Part shown: piece after piece, positions 37,793-49,550 of the stretch
How the letters are laid out: each line of letters starts with the position of its first letter
Numbering within the stretch: the first letter of the stretch is position 1
Origin: Mobula hypostoma
Lineage: Eukaryota
DNA: 64,000 nt
Reading direction: 5' to 3'
NCBI RefSeq assembly: GCF_963921235.1
Contig: NC_086103.1
Location: 147,188,001 to 147,252,000 of the forward strand
Position numbers and translations under genes: made by a program
Notes under the pieces: generated by a model
Databases searched by the model: none
What the model saw: the letters and a program-made list of their open reading frames with translations, nothing else
Told to the model about the DNA's origin: nothing

Positions 37793-40504
37793 CTTTTGAG
37801 ATTAATGTATAGAGTTAGGAAAAACTGCAGTACATACTATTCAAATAAGATTAATTACAACTTAATAAAAAACCTCTAGACTTAATTAAAGTTCTTGAAC
37901 TGTAATGGAGTTTTTAAACTTTGCATTGCATTCAATTCCCCCTGGGTAGCTAAGAGGTTATGCATGTACTGAAAATTGTTTTTCAGAATTAGTACAGTGA
38001 ATCTCTTATAGCAACCTTATGAAAACTCAAAAGGCTGAGCAGAACAGCACAGCCTCAGGTGGAGGTGGGAGGGGGTACCATTGAACAAGTTGGGATGTTA
38101 TGTTGAATTTGTATAAGATGATTGAGGCCAAATTTAGATTATCATTTGCAGTTCTGGTCATCTGCTTACACAAAAAAGAGCTTGAAAGGATGCAGACAAA
38201 ACTTACAGATGTCAGGATTGGAGGAACTGAGTTATACGAAAAGGTTAAATAAATTAGGACTTTATTCCATGGAGCACAGGAGAATGAGGAAGGATCTTGA
38301 GGTATAAATAATTGAGGGATATAGATGGGTAAATGCATGCAGGTTTTTTCCCCCTCAGGTTGGTGAGACTAGAACTAGGGGTCATAAGTTTAGGTGAAAA
38401 GTGAAATAATCAAGGGGAATCTCAGGGCAACCTCACTCAGGGTGGTCTGGTTATGGAATGAGCTGCCAGTTGAAGTGGTAGATGTGAGTTCAATTGTAAG
38501 ATTTAAGAAATTTGGATATGTCCATGGATGAGAGAAGGAAACCAAGATGGTACAGACTTGATGGGCTAGAGGGCCTGTTTCTACTGTAGTGCTCTATGAC
38601 TGAGCAAATTCTATGCAGTTTGTTGTATCATTGTGCTTATAGCCTTAAAGACCCTTGCAAATCCTATTCAACATATTATACAGGATATAATTTGTTTTCA
38701 TGACTTGACATTCAGCAATGTGCACTTGTTAACATAAGTATTGTAATTAATAGTTGGTGGTTATTCATCTTTGGCTCTGACCATCCTCTGAAAGCAAGCA
38801 CGTTCAAGTCTCTCAAACAGAAAACGGTCTTGAGACTAGTATGTATTGTTCACCTGAATCTAGTAATGCCTAGCTTTGTATCTGAATATATATCAAACAA
38901 GTTTACATGCTCTTTCCATTAATGATTGCATCACATTTGCCATCTTAATTCTATGCAGCTTTGTAGATTGTCAATTAAGGTCTATTGCATTTAATACCCA
39001 TTCTCTGCATTCCATGCAAAATAGTGGATTGCAACTGATTCTAAAATTTTTACAAAATTAATTGAAACCTTAACAGCAATACAAAGGAGTCAATACTTCG
39101 ATCTTAGGCCATCTTTGGTCTGTGGTCGATGGAGGCTTAACAGAGTTAATTAGTTTTGTTACTCAGGTGCATAGTCTTACCATTTCATCTGGTTTATCTG
39201 TAGCAGCTCCTTTTCGAACAGTAATTCGAACATGGTGGTGCTTCTCAAGCCATTGCTGAATATGTTTAATTTTTGTTTGAAGGTCATGCTTTGCAATATC
39301 AGCTGAGAAATTTTGTTCCTTGATTTGGCAAACTACTACATTAAGAAGAAAATAGAAAATGAAGTTAACTATTTCCTGCTTAATGTGCTTTTCCCACCAA
39401 GACAACATGTTCAGAACCCAAATTCTTCCTACATTTGTTTAGTGGGTGGATGTCTATGACATTTCTTTTGACAAATCTGCATAACCTCAATTATTTCCAG
39501 TTTTTCATTTGATTCCCAACAGCTGCAGTATTTTGCTTTTCATGTTTTTGTTCAGAAGATCAATGCCACGTGTTTTTCCCTAATCATATTGAGTCTACAA
39601 TCAATAGCTTAAAGAATTTTCCCCAGTAATGTGACACTTCTGCGTTCTGCCCACTGGATGGCAATACAGATTCTGGGCACTAATTTATCAACAAGGCAAA
39701 TTGCTTGGCATTTGTTTTCCTTTAGAACCTGGTTACCTGAGCTGATAGAAACACATTTTGTACTGCAAGGGAACTCTCCACATGTTTGAACAATACCAAT
39801 TAAATTTCCCAGTGATTCCAATGGACAGCAAGTCCAATGACTGAATCACTCTGTCTGAATGACTGAATCAATCAACTGATGTTCTCAGTTCTAAACCATT
39901 TTTATACCATGGAGCCTTACCATTAACCAATGGGTCCATGGACCCCAAACGTACTCTAAGGCTTTGAAAGAAGTCTCATGAGAAACAGGATGACCTCTTA
40001 CATACCAGTTCTGTGTTTGTCCTTTTGTTTGTCTCTGAGTTTTAGTTGTTCCTCATGGATCTGTTTTCCTGTCATTAGTTTATACACTGGAGGATCTGCA
40101 TTTTCATTGAGAGGCACAATCTTAATATCACGCTCATCCATCATACGAATAACGTTAGCTCTGTGCAGATGTCCTAGATTTTCTCCATTTTCATCTATTA
40201 CATGGATGATGCGGTGACTAATTTTTCTACCAACGCTTCCTATTGTTGTTCTGGCTCTTGGATCCTTTTTTGTCTTGTGTTGCACTGCCTCTGGTTTGTC
40301 TTCTCCAGCTGCTGTGAAGGTTCTGAGAGGTGGTATCCACCAAGCTTTTTTCCACTTGGGTATGATACAGCTGAATGGGGGAATCATTGTTGCTGTTTGT
40401 ACAGATAAACTATGAAAATGTCTTGCATTTTCTTTACAAATATACTGACCAGTTTTATTTGGTAGAATTTGGAAAGCAAATTTCCTTATGTAACTTGCAG
40501 CCAT
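37643..40504 (-). CDS. MTIF3: Mitochondrial translation initiation factor 3, complement(join(37643..37792,39181..39335,40006..40504)), about 267 aa
   Basis: Basic presequence-like N-terminus; IF3 N-domain (VGRKISHRIIHVIDENGENLGHLHRANVIRMMDERDIKIV...PPVYKLMTGKQIHEEQLKLR); IF3 C-domain (HDLQTKIKHIQQWLEK...VRITV; ATYVSRP...CVLR); phases consistent; adjacent to GTF3A. Confidence 0.93.
38075..38605 (+). mobile_element. CR1 3' fragment in the last MTIF3 intron
   Basis: RPNLDY..QFWS; LEELSY.KRLNKLGLYSME.RRMR.DL.EV. Confidence 0.75.
39181..39335 (-). CDS. MTIF3: MTIF3 second coding exon
   Basis: Polypyrimidine tract then TAGTAG acceptor; VVCQIKEQNFSADIAKHDLQTKIK...DKPDEM; donor gtaaga. Confidence 0.92.
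40006..40504 (-). CDS. MTIF3: MTIF3 first coding exon
   Basis: Acceptor tttcag|A ATG GCT (ATG at 40504); ends KHRT-g|gtatgt. Confidence 0.92.
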
Positions 40505-41184
40505 TCTGAAAGACAATGCAGAGAAACTAAATGAGTAGTTATAATGCCAATATATTAGTGCAGTGATTTTTAAATTGTTATATTTGGGTTTGATAGGAAA
40601 CTGCACTCTGGTTTGTGGTTGATCTTGGGGCATTTTGGGGGTTAGCATGTAGCAAAGAACTTCAGCCACTAATTTTCAAATCTGACTATAGACTGTAGAT
40701 TAAATTTAAAATGCAGCTCTGAACAACGGGTTCCTAAAAGCTGTAAATCACAGTTAATGGGAAGACCAGACAATGCTGATTAAAATGAAGTTGGGTGACT
40801 ATGGTATGAGTGTGAAGCAGGAACCATGACGTTTGTGTGTAGTTCAAAGGAAGCATTATGGATGCATTGTCAATATGGCATTGTCCTTCGATCTTTAGCA
40901 CAAACAATGTTGTGTAGCATTGGGTTGAGCAGACCTCCTCCTCCGAAAAGGTCTCCATATGATGCCTGCTGTATCTCATTTTGTCAAATAAAACGCTACT
41001 TCATGTACACCAGCAAAGTCTCTCCAGTGGCTTTGTTTCAACGACAGCAGATGAGACACTGCAGTCTGAATAAGGAACTCGAGCACTAGCTTATGGAGTT
41101 GTATTATGTGAAATCAATCTGTTAAGCTCTTGGCTCTGTCAGATTCTTTGCTAAAATAATTCAGAATTAACACTTTCTGAAAGA

Positions 41185-42010
41185 ATAAACATGAGATTCT
41201 GCACATGCTGGAAATCCAAAGCAACAGTCAAGATGCTGAAGGAACTCAACTCAGGCAATTTCTATGGAGGGGAATAAGCAGTAAACATTTTGGGCAGAGA
41301 CCCTTCATCAGGACTAGAAAGGAAGATGGAAGAAGGCAGCATCAGTTGGGAGTGGGGCATCAGTACAAGCTAGCAGGGGATAGGTGAAACCAGGTGAGGG
41401 GGAATGTGATAGGTGAAAGGTAAGGAGCCGAAGAAGGAACCTGATAGTGTGGACCATGGGACAAAGGGTGGGGGGGGGGGAGAAGGGGGAGATCACCACA
41501 GGAAAGTGATGGGCAGGTGAGAATAGGGAAGCCAGAAATTGGAACGGAAAAGGGGCTTCTTTGAGCATCTTAACCTTCTGGCACAAAAGGCAGAATTTCC
41601 TGGTGGCCACCCGTTTTATTTATTCTTTGTTTCTGACATGTTGGTCCATGGCTGTATCAAACTGCCATAATGAGGCAACTCAGACTGGGGGAGTAACACC
41701 TCATATTCTGTCTGGGTAGCCTCCAAACTGATGGCATGAACACTGATTTCTCCAACTTCTGGTAACTTCTCGCCCCTCACCCTTCTCTTCACCTAACACT
41801 TCCCAGCTTCTCTGTTCATCCATCCACTGTCCCTCTTGCCTAGTTTTACTTTCACCTGCCAGCTTTTCCTCCTCACTCCCCTCACCACCTTATTCTAGCT
41901 TCTTCCCTTTTCCTGCCCTGTCGTAATGAAGGGTCTCGGCTCAAAACTGCTTATTCCCCTTCATAGACGCTGCCATATCTTCTGAGTTCCTCCAGTACTT
42001 TGTGTGTTGA
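41185..42010. mobile_element. Older Penelope-like fold-back insertion
   Basis: Inverted pLTR, then forward GIY-YIG end, then pLTR; decayed hammerheads at ~41281-41315 (-) and ~41920-41950 (+); approximate TSD CTTTCTG(A/G)AAG at 41173-41183 and 42013-42023. Confidence 0.75.
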
Positions 42011-43053
42011 ATCTTTCTGGAAGTACTGTGTTTACATCAGTTTTGTTTTTCTCCACTTGTTCCTCACAGGTGGCTCAATTCCCAAATTTTGTGCTCCATC
42101 AACACAATGCAAGATGACAATTCTCCCCACTGTCTAATTTCACTAATTACAATATTAAAATTTGTTTTCCCCAGAAAGCATTATTTGCAAAATTAAAATT
42201 CTTTAACACCATTCAACATCCAGATATATTGTTGAGGCACAAATCTCAAAATCATTACCTTCATTAGAGGCTCATTGCAGTTTGCCATCTACAAGCACTG
42301 GTTGAACCCAAAGATCTGTAGTTCACATGATACAGCCAAAGGCAATAATTAGAGTTCATAACTAATTTACCTATTCTGTTTACCTTTTTGGAAGAAAGCA
42401 TTTAGAATCAGAGTTACACTTAAGCTGATTCTCTTATTTTCTGTAATCCGCACAATGTTTCTGACCTTCCCTGCCCTTGTAGATTCATTGCATTTTGGAG
42501 TATACCCAATTCAGGGTTCATTGAAGTTGGGTTGATGCTTCTCACCAGCACTATTAAAAGATGATTCTTCAAGCAATTCACAGGATTTTAGTTATATCTT
42601 CTCTTTAATAGTTGAAGCATGTGCTTTATGGCAAAATGAAGTATAATTCTGGCATTGTACTACACTATAACCAAACTGAGCTTAGCTTATTCAACACTTT
42701 GGATTTCCCGATTTTGATCATGGCCTCAATTTTTCTTCTAGTTTTTGATTTGTTCAATCCTGAATAGATTGCTGTATCCTAAAAGAAGTCAAAGTAGCTT
42801 TACACTTGATGGTAATATTCTTCTGAGCACTGAGTATCTAGAGATTCTCAGCAGTGGGTATTACAGTTAGAAGATCGGATCTTCTAACTAGGCGCACACT
42901 GGATCTCATTTAGCACCTTATTTAGTTATTGAGAATACTTTTGCTGCTGGTTTTACCCATCTCATATCTTGGTATTCAATCAAAACCCCTTGTATTTTAA
43001 TTTTCCCAGAGTTCAGCTTTTTGTTGAGAGTTAGCACATCAAAAGATACATTT

Positions 43054-43209
43054 GTCGACCTTTCGGGCCGGAACCCTTCGTCAGTCCTGACGAAGAGTTC
43101 CAGCCTGAAACGTCGACAGATCTTTTCCACGGATGCTGCCCGACTTGCTGAGCTCCTCCAGCATGTTGTGAGTATTGCTTTGACCCCAGCATCTGCAGAT
43201 TATTTTGAG
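43054..43209. mobile_element. 156-bp Penelope-like mini-insertion: back-to-back hammerheads plus pLTR terminus
   Basis: 15-bp TSD TCAAAAGATACATTT at 43039-43053 and 43210-43224. Confidence 0.88.
43084..43117 (+). ncRNA. Minimal hammerhead ribozyme, core nucleotides intact, stem II weakened
   Basis: GTC-CTGACGA-agagttccagcct-GAAAC-GTC-GAC; predicted cut after 43114. Confidence 0.7.
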
Positions 43210-43879
43210 TCAAAAGATACATTTTTAAGGAGAGAAACAACTTATGCCACTACTTTCAAAACTTTTGATATAAGGGGGATTACTTGCTACCTGCTTTCAA
43301 TGTTCACTTTGATGTAATGGACATTAAAAAGGCTGATAGCAGTAGCCAAATTTGCCTGCTTCTACTTGTACCATTCCCTCAGTAAATGGCTGGGTATGCA
43401 CCAGTGTGTGATAGAGTCAAAACACCTTAAGTTTGTATCTAGCCCCAATCTACACTAATCTGGTTTTAGTTTTCCCAGAACTCTGGCTTGGACCACTCAC
43501 CAACCCATCAGAGGACACTTAAAGTAGCCAATTAATATACTAGTCTGTATGTTAAATCCATCCAATCACAAGGAGAACATAAACTCTACACAGTAGCAGA
43601 GGTGAGGATTGAAACTACGTTGCTGTAGTTGGGAGACACCAACTACTAGCGAGCTACTGTGCTGGCATTAGTCTGGGGAGCACAAAAGGCCTTTTTCCAT
43701 GTCACTAAAGCCTATGACACAGAAAGCACTGTAACACTTCTCACATTTGCTTGCCTGCAAAAGTTTATCACCATAATGTTTGCTACACGGTGGCATGCAA
43801 GCAATGACAAACCACAATTGATCCAATCTCATTGCAGATACCCGCAGTTTTACAATTTGTTTCCAACAAGTTTCCCAAA

Positions 43880-44090
43880 CAGCTCAAGTTCAATTCCTGT
43901 AGCTGCCTGTAAGGAGTTTGTATGTTCTCCCTGTGACTGTGTGGGGTTCTCTGGGTGTTCCGGTTTCTTCCCACAGTCCAAAGATGTACTGGCTGGTAGG
44001 TTAATTGGTCATTGTAAACGTCCTGTGATTAGGCTAGAGTTAAGTTGGGGTTGCTCGAAGGGCCTATTCCATGATGTATGTCAATAATCA
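43880..44090 (+). mobile_element. V-domain tRNA-derived SINE
   Basis: B-box-like AGTTCAATTCC, then GAGTTTGTATGTTCTCCCTGTGACTG...CCCACAGTCCAAAGA. Confidence 0.75.
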
Positions 44091-44839
44091 CAATAAAATA
44101 ATTACTGTTCAACCAAGGTCACCCCAATAACAGTAAACAGTGTAAGGAAGACACTTGTATTTATAGACCAAGCTCCAAATTAACATCAATTACTTCACTG
44201 AATCACAGATCTTTCTTGTAATGTCCTCAAAACAAGGTCTTCTATCAACCTTTCTGCTATATATTGTTACCCTCTGACAAAATATTAATGCAAAAGGTGG
44301 AATGACAGTGATCACCTCACTGAATCGCAATGCCACCTTCATTCCTATTTCATGCTACTCCAGTTTGCTTAAGATTACACCTCCCCCCCCCCTTACAATA
44401 GAGAGTTTATTTCCTACGGTTTGCTGCAAAATAAAAGGGCAAACTCCAACTCGTGAATAAAATCAGTGAGTCGAGTAGTGTCTATGGGGGCAAGGAATTG
44501 TCTCGTACCTGGTTTTATAACAATTTGAACTTTACGCCCTCCCGCTTCCCCTTCCTGAAAATATGCACATGAATTCTTAAACACTATTCGGATTTGGTAC
44601 AGAAGCGTGCTTAAATGTGCTTGCTAAAAAATCATATCGCCAATTCCTTCAGTCTGTCTAGCGGGACCAGTCTGTTGACATATCAACCTCGACAATCAGT
44701 AACCATTGTGCACACGTTCCAACTTCCATTAAACAAATGCATAATTAATCATCGACAAAATAGCAACAAATTCTTGTTAATAAGCTCTAAGGGACGCGTC
44801 AGGTAATGATTTTAAACGAGAAACATTTAAAAAGTGAGG

Positions 44840-45300
44840 AGAGAAGCCGTTCGCATTTTAGAGCTTTAAAATGTTGAATGAAGTAGATTCGAGTCCGTAT
44901 GCAGGCGAATGCCTCTTGGTTCGGCTCCATATTGAGTTAGCGTGGGCCGGTCTCAACTCTGCGCCCGAGGCTCGATCCCCCGTTCTAGGCCCAGGTCTCA
45001 GCCCCCGCTGATTATATTCACCTCCTGGCGTCTTAGGCTGAGTCCTCCTCACGGCTCCAGGTCACTGAGATGGTGTCCGCTAAGAAGCACCGAGCATTTA
45101 AACCGAATCGCCCTGAGTCAGTGAGAGACGAACCGAGCAGAGGACGTGCAGAGCAAAATAAAAGACTGGTAATTACCCAATAGCTGCGAAAGGCGGAAAG
45201 GAGAGCCCGAGAGTATTGAGAAAACCAATCATTGCCCGATGACGGCACACAGAACAGGAACGACCTCAAGCTCGAGAGTCACTGACTGAGTAAGATGTAC
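44840..45300 (-). promoter_or_regulatory. Probable MTIF3 promoter and non-coding first exon (CpG-rich)
   Basis: Only unique CpG-rich stretch upstream of the MTIF3 coding exons; candidate donor GAG|gtgaat at 45022/45021; CCAAT boxes near 45177 and 45225. Confidence 0.6.
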
Positions 45301-45428
45301 AGTATTGGAAGATTCTGATAATTATTCATTTGCCCTAAGAAGATACGGTAACTACTTGGAACTAGGGCACTGTAAGTAAAGGTATTCCGGACGCTACCCT
45401 CGTACACGTGAACAGAGAGTCCAACATT

Positions 45429-45576
45429 TTGCGAGAGAAAATCTGCAGATGCTGTAAATCCAAGCAACACACACAATATGCTGGAGACCAGTCTTGCCCG
45501 AAACGTCGACTGCACTTTTTTCCACAGATGCTGCCTGGCCTGCTGAGTTACTCCGGTATTTTGTGTGTTTTGCAGG
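45429..45576. mobile_element. Penelope-like mini fold-back insertion next to the MTIF3 promoter
   Basis: Inverted pLTR end, then a forward piece starting in ribozyme stem II (GCCCGAAACGTCGACTG); 12-bp TSD GAGTCCAACATT at 45417-45428 and 45577-45588. Confidence 0.82.
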
Positions 45577-45674
45577 GAGTCCAACATTAGTGGGTTACTC
45601 AACTACATTGCAAATTACTGACACAAACCACAGCTCCAGTGGTGGAAGAAGTGTATTTGTGGTAGTAGATCTGG

Positions 45675-46040
45675 AACATAGGATAGTACAGCACAGTACA
45701 GGCCCTTTGGCCCACAATGTTGTGCTGACCCTCAAACCCTGCATCCCATATAAGCCCCCACCTTAAATTCCTCCACATTCTTATCTAGTAGTCTCTTAAA
45801 CTTCACTAGTGTATCTGCCTCCACCAGTGACTCAGGCAGTGCATTCCATGCACCAACCACTCTCTGAGTAAAAAACCTTCCTCTAATATCCCCCTTGAAC
45901 TTCCCATCCCTTACCTTAAAGCCACGTCCTCTTGTATTGAGCAGTGGTGCCCTGGGGAAGAGGCGCTGGCTGTCCACTCTATCTATTCCTCTTATTATCT
46001 TGTACACCTCTATCATGTCTCCTCTCATCCTCCTTCTCTC
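45675..46040 (-). mobile_element. CR1 3' end
   Basis: MRGDMIEVYKIIRGIDRVDSQRLFP...[14 protein letters not shown]. Confidence 0.88.
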
Positions 46041-46521
46041 CTTTCAGATTTTCCCCCGAAAGTCAATGACCAACAGTCAGGGGATGTGCTGGGGGCAGCC
46101 CACAAATGTCACCATGCTTTTGGCACCAACATAACCCTACCTGCAACTTGCTAATCCTAACCATAGGCCTTTGGAATGTGGGAAGAAACTGGAGAAAATC
46201 ATGTGGTCATGGGGAGACGATACAGACAGCAGTGGGAATTGAATGGGGGTTGCTGGTGCTGTAATAGCATTACATTACATACATAGACGATGTAATCATT
46301 TGTAAGATTAAATCCTGCAACCATTAAAACTTTGTTTTTAATATAACAATTTCAAGATGTACTTTTAATGACTGGTAAAAAATTATTAACATCTTGATAG
46401 CTAAGAACTTTATCCCTGATAGGTTTTTTGGAGCTGCATACATTCAGACAGGTAGAAAGTATTATATCACTTTCTTGATTCATGCTTTGATGATCTTGAT
46501 TGAGCTTTGGATAGGAGTCAT

Positions 46522-47913
46522 TGTAATATTGATGTGACTCGGACACTGTTGTAGATTGAACAACCACGTTTATTCACCAGACTTCCATTTTTTACTTCTC
46601 TATGTCCTGACGTCATACGCACTCTGACACTACGAATACTCACACAATACATTACATCCCCCTTCTCAAGTTTTTTTTACAACTCTGTGAATTACCAAAA
46701 CAATGTCTCTAGGTATGCCCTTCTTACAGTGCAACAACCACGACATAAACTAAAAAAAATCTTACCTTCTTGTACTGTATTCTGCATTGTATCTTACAAT
46801 ATTAACAGCAGTATATTTTCTTTTACTAACATAGACTAATAAACTGTTTATTTCACACCTGGAACTTATAATGTGTGAGTTTGCCACCAACTGTGTGAGA
46901 CTGTATGTATGTCTGGTCTCTGTATCTAGCTGGAAGTTTGACTTGTCTCCCAGACCGTGTGTGACACAACTGTGACTGTGCTTGTCCTTCATCCCTGTCA
47001 GTCTCTCGAGTGACCTCTGTGTCTTTGCGGTCTGCATCACTCTTGGTGTCATTTGTTTCCATATCTGTATATGTGGACATGTCCTGTGCATCTGTACCTG
47101 GAAACTCACTCTTGCCTGTCTTCAGCAGATGCTTCCTGTTCCTCCTGTAGACTCTTCCATCCGGCGTGCGAACTATGAAGGATCTTGGTTGCTGATGTCT
47201 GTTCACAACCACAGCTGGTTGCCAAGTGTCCCCTCTCTGTATTCTGACATTTTCAACTGTATGCAGATCTGGCAACTACTGTATGTCTGTCATAGTGGCT
47301 GTTTTGCTATATTTGCTTGTACTTTTGCTTGTCATGTACTTGAGCATTACCTCCAGGAATCAGTAGAGTTGTGGATGTTGGCAGTTTGGACCTCAGACGA
47401 CGTCCCATCAACAGCTGCGCAGGAGAGAACCCCACACCCTCAATCGGTGCGTTGCGGTATTCGAGCAGAGCAATGTAAGGGTCACCGTTGCTGCTTTGTG
47501 CCTTCTTGAGCATGTTCTTGACAGTTTGTACAGTTCTCTCTGCTTGTCCATTAGACTGAGCGTGTCCTGGACTGGAAGTAACATGTTGAAATTCCCAGCT
47601 TTCTGAGAATCCTCTGAACTCACCACTGGCATATTGTGGACCATTGTCACTAATGACAATATCTGGAATACTATGTCTTACGAATGTTGACTTCATTGCG
47701 GTAATGACACTACGACTGGATGTGTCACTTAACTTGGTGATCTCCGGATATTGATATCCCACTTCTGACACCATGTAATATTGATGTGACTTGGACACCG
47801 ATGTAGATTGAACAACCATGTTTATTCAACAGACTTACATTTTTTATTTCTCTATGTCCTGACGTCATACGCACTCTGACGCTACGAATACTCACACAAT
47901 ACTGTACATTACA
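46522..47913 (-). mobile_element. Internally deleted Ty3/Gypsy LTR retrotransposon (integrase only)
   Basis: LTRs 47774-47913 and 46522-46656 (TGTAAT...ATTACA); PBS TGGTGTCAGAAGTGGGAT (tRNA-Leu 3' end); PPT GAGAAGGGGGA; integrase core ISDNGPQY...QSNGQAERTVQTVK...SPAQLLMGRRLR. Confidence 0.92.
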
Positions 47914-47919
47914 ATTATA

Positions 47920-49125
47920 AAGAAGTACAGCACAGAAACAGGCCCATCGGCCCATCTAGTCCACGGCATAACCATTCAAACTGCCTACTCCCATCAACCT
48001 GCACTGGGACCAGAGCCCTTTATATCCCTACCATCCAAGTACCTATCCAAACTTCTCTTAAACATTGAACTCAAGCTCACATGGACCTCTTGTGCTGGCA
48101 GCTCATTCCACACTCTCATGATCCTCTGAATGAAGAAGTTTCCCCTCATGTTCCCCTTAAACTTCTCACCTTTCACCCTCAAGCCATGACTTTGTGTTGT
48201 AGTCCCACCCAAACTCAATGGAAAAAGCCTGCTTGCATTTACGCTATCTGTATCTCTCATAATTTTGTATACCTCTATCAAATCTGTCATTCTTCTATGT
48301 TCTAAATAATACAGTCCTAACCTATTCAATCTTTCCTTATAATTCAGCTCCTCCAGACCCGGGAATATCCTTGTAAATTTTCTCTGCTCTCAACCTTGTT
48401 TATATCTTTTCTGTAGGTAGGTGACCAAAACTGCACACAATACTGCAAATTAGGCCTCACCAATGTCTTATACATGATGATGGTGACGTTGACTTAGGCC
48501 TGAGAGGCCAGCGTTGGGCATTTTCAAGCCTTACAAGGCACGGAACGAGAGACTGTGTGGTGCGCTACTCCTCACACAGACATTTCGCAATACAGTATTT
48601 TTCTTTTATTTTATGAGGTTGAGTTGCGAGGTCAACACTCAAGCTGGCACAGAAGGAAAGCATACTCGGGAACGGCCCGACTCAATTCAAACCCAGGAAG
48701 CTCCGTTCCGGAGTCTGGCTCTGATGTCACTGCGCCACCAGCTGACCTAAACTTATACAACTTCAACATAACGTCCCATCCTCGGTACTCAATATACTGA
48801 TATATGAAGGCCAAGGTGCCAAAAACTTTCTTTAAAATCCTATCTAGCTGTGATGCCACTTTCAACAAATTAGGGACCTATATTCCCAGGATTGCTATGT
48901 TCTACCACACTCCTCAGTGCCCTACCGTTCACTGTGTAAGTCCTACCCTGGTTGGTCCTACCGAAGTGCAAAGCCTCGCACTTGTCTGCATTAAATTCCA
49001 TCTGCCATTTTTTAGCCCATATTTCCAACTGATGTAGATCTCTTTGCAAGCCATGATAGCCTTCCTCTCTGTTCACTACACCCCTAATCTTGTTGTCATC
49101 TGCAAATTTGCTGATCCAGTTGACA
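47920..49125 (-). mobile_element. CR1 3' fragment
   Basis: WISKFADDNKI.GVV; WAKKWQMEFNADKCE.LHFG; DLIEVYKIMR. Confidence 0.88.
48475..48751 (-). mobile_element. tRNA-derived SINE nested in CR1
   Basis: A-box TGGCGCAGTG, B-box-like GGTTTGAATT, (CAT)n tail, 8-bp TSD CTTATACA at 48467-48474 and 48752-48759. Confidence 0.82.
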
Positions 49126-49279
49126 TCATTAAGGAGGTGAATCACTTTGCAGAATACAGAATTCTCAGTGCTAGCCAGAGTGATATGGCTTCTCCATTTA
49201 AATTTCAGGTCAGTGGTTGCCAGCCCCATGAGATCTTGATCTTGGCTTTGCTGATGTTAATGCCATTGAGTTTTGAGGG

Positions 49280-49419
49280 AACGCAAACACGAGGAAATCT
49301 GCAGATGCTTAAATTTCAAGCAACACACATAAAAGTTGCTGGTGAACGCAGCACGCTAGGCAGCATCTATAGCAAGAGGTACAGTTGACGTTTTGGGCCG
49401 AGACCCTTCGTCAGTCCTG
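49280..49419 (-). mobile_element. Penelope-like pLTR terminus ending at the hammerhead (49382-49414, G12>A)
   Basis: Same terminus as 3172; ends in TTCGTCAGTCCTG. Confidence 0.8.
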
Positions 49420-49550
49420 GGGAAGACTAGTCTAAGGACTAGGGAAGTCTAGGGAAGACAACCTCTGACCCCGCCAAACTTTAGAGACTGAGGGGCACTG
49501 GACCCCACCCCAAACCTCGGTTTGTGTGGATGCTGTATCATTTGCTACCC

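Noticed and set aside
40505-40669. N-terminal extension of the 223-aa MTIF3 ORF
   Set aside because: Lies upstream of a tttcag acceptor and looks intronic; the ATG at 40504 fits the expected MAA- start
47756-47773. 18-nt match to a tRNA-Leu 3' end including CCA
   Set aside because: It is the primer-binding site of the LTR element, not a tRNA gene
48680-48746. tRNA-like A and B boxes
   Set aside because: Head of a SINE with tail and TSD; no full cloverleaf
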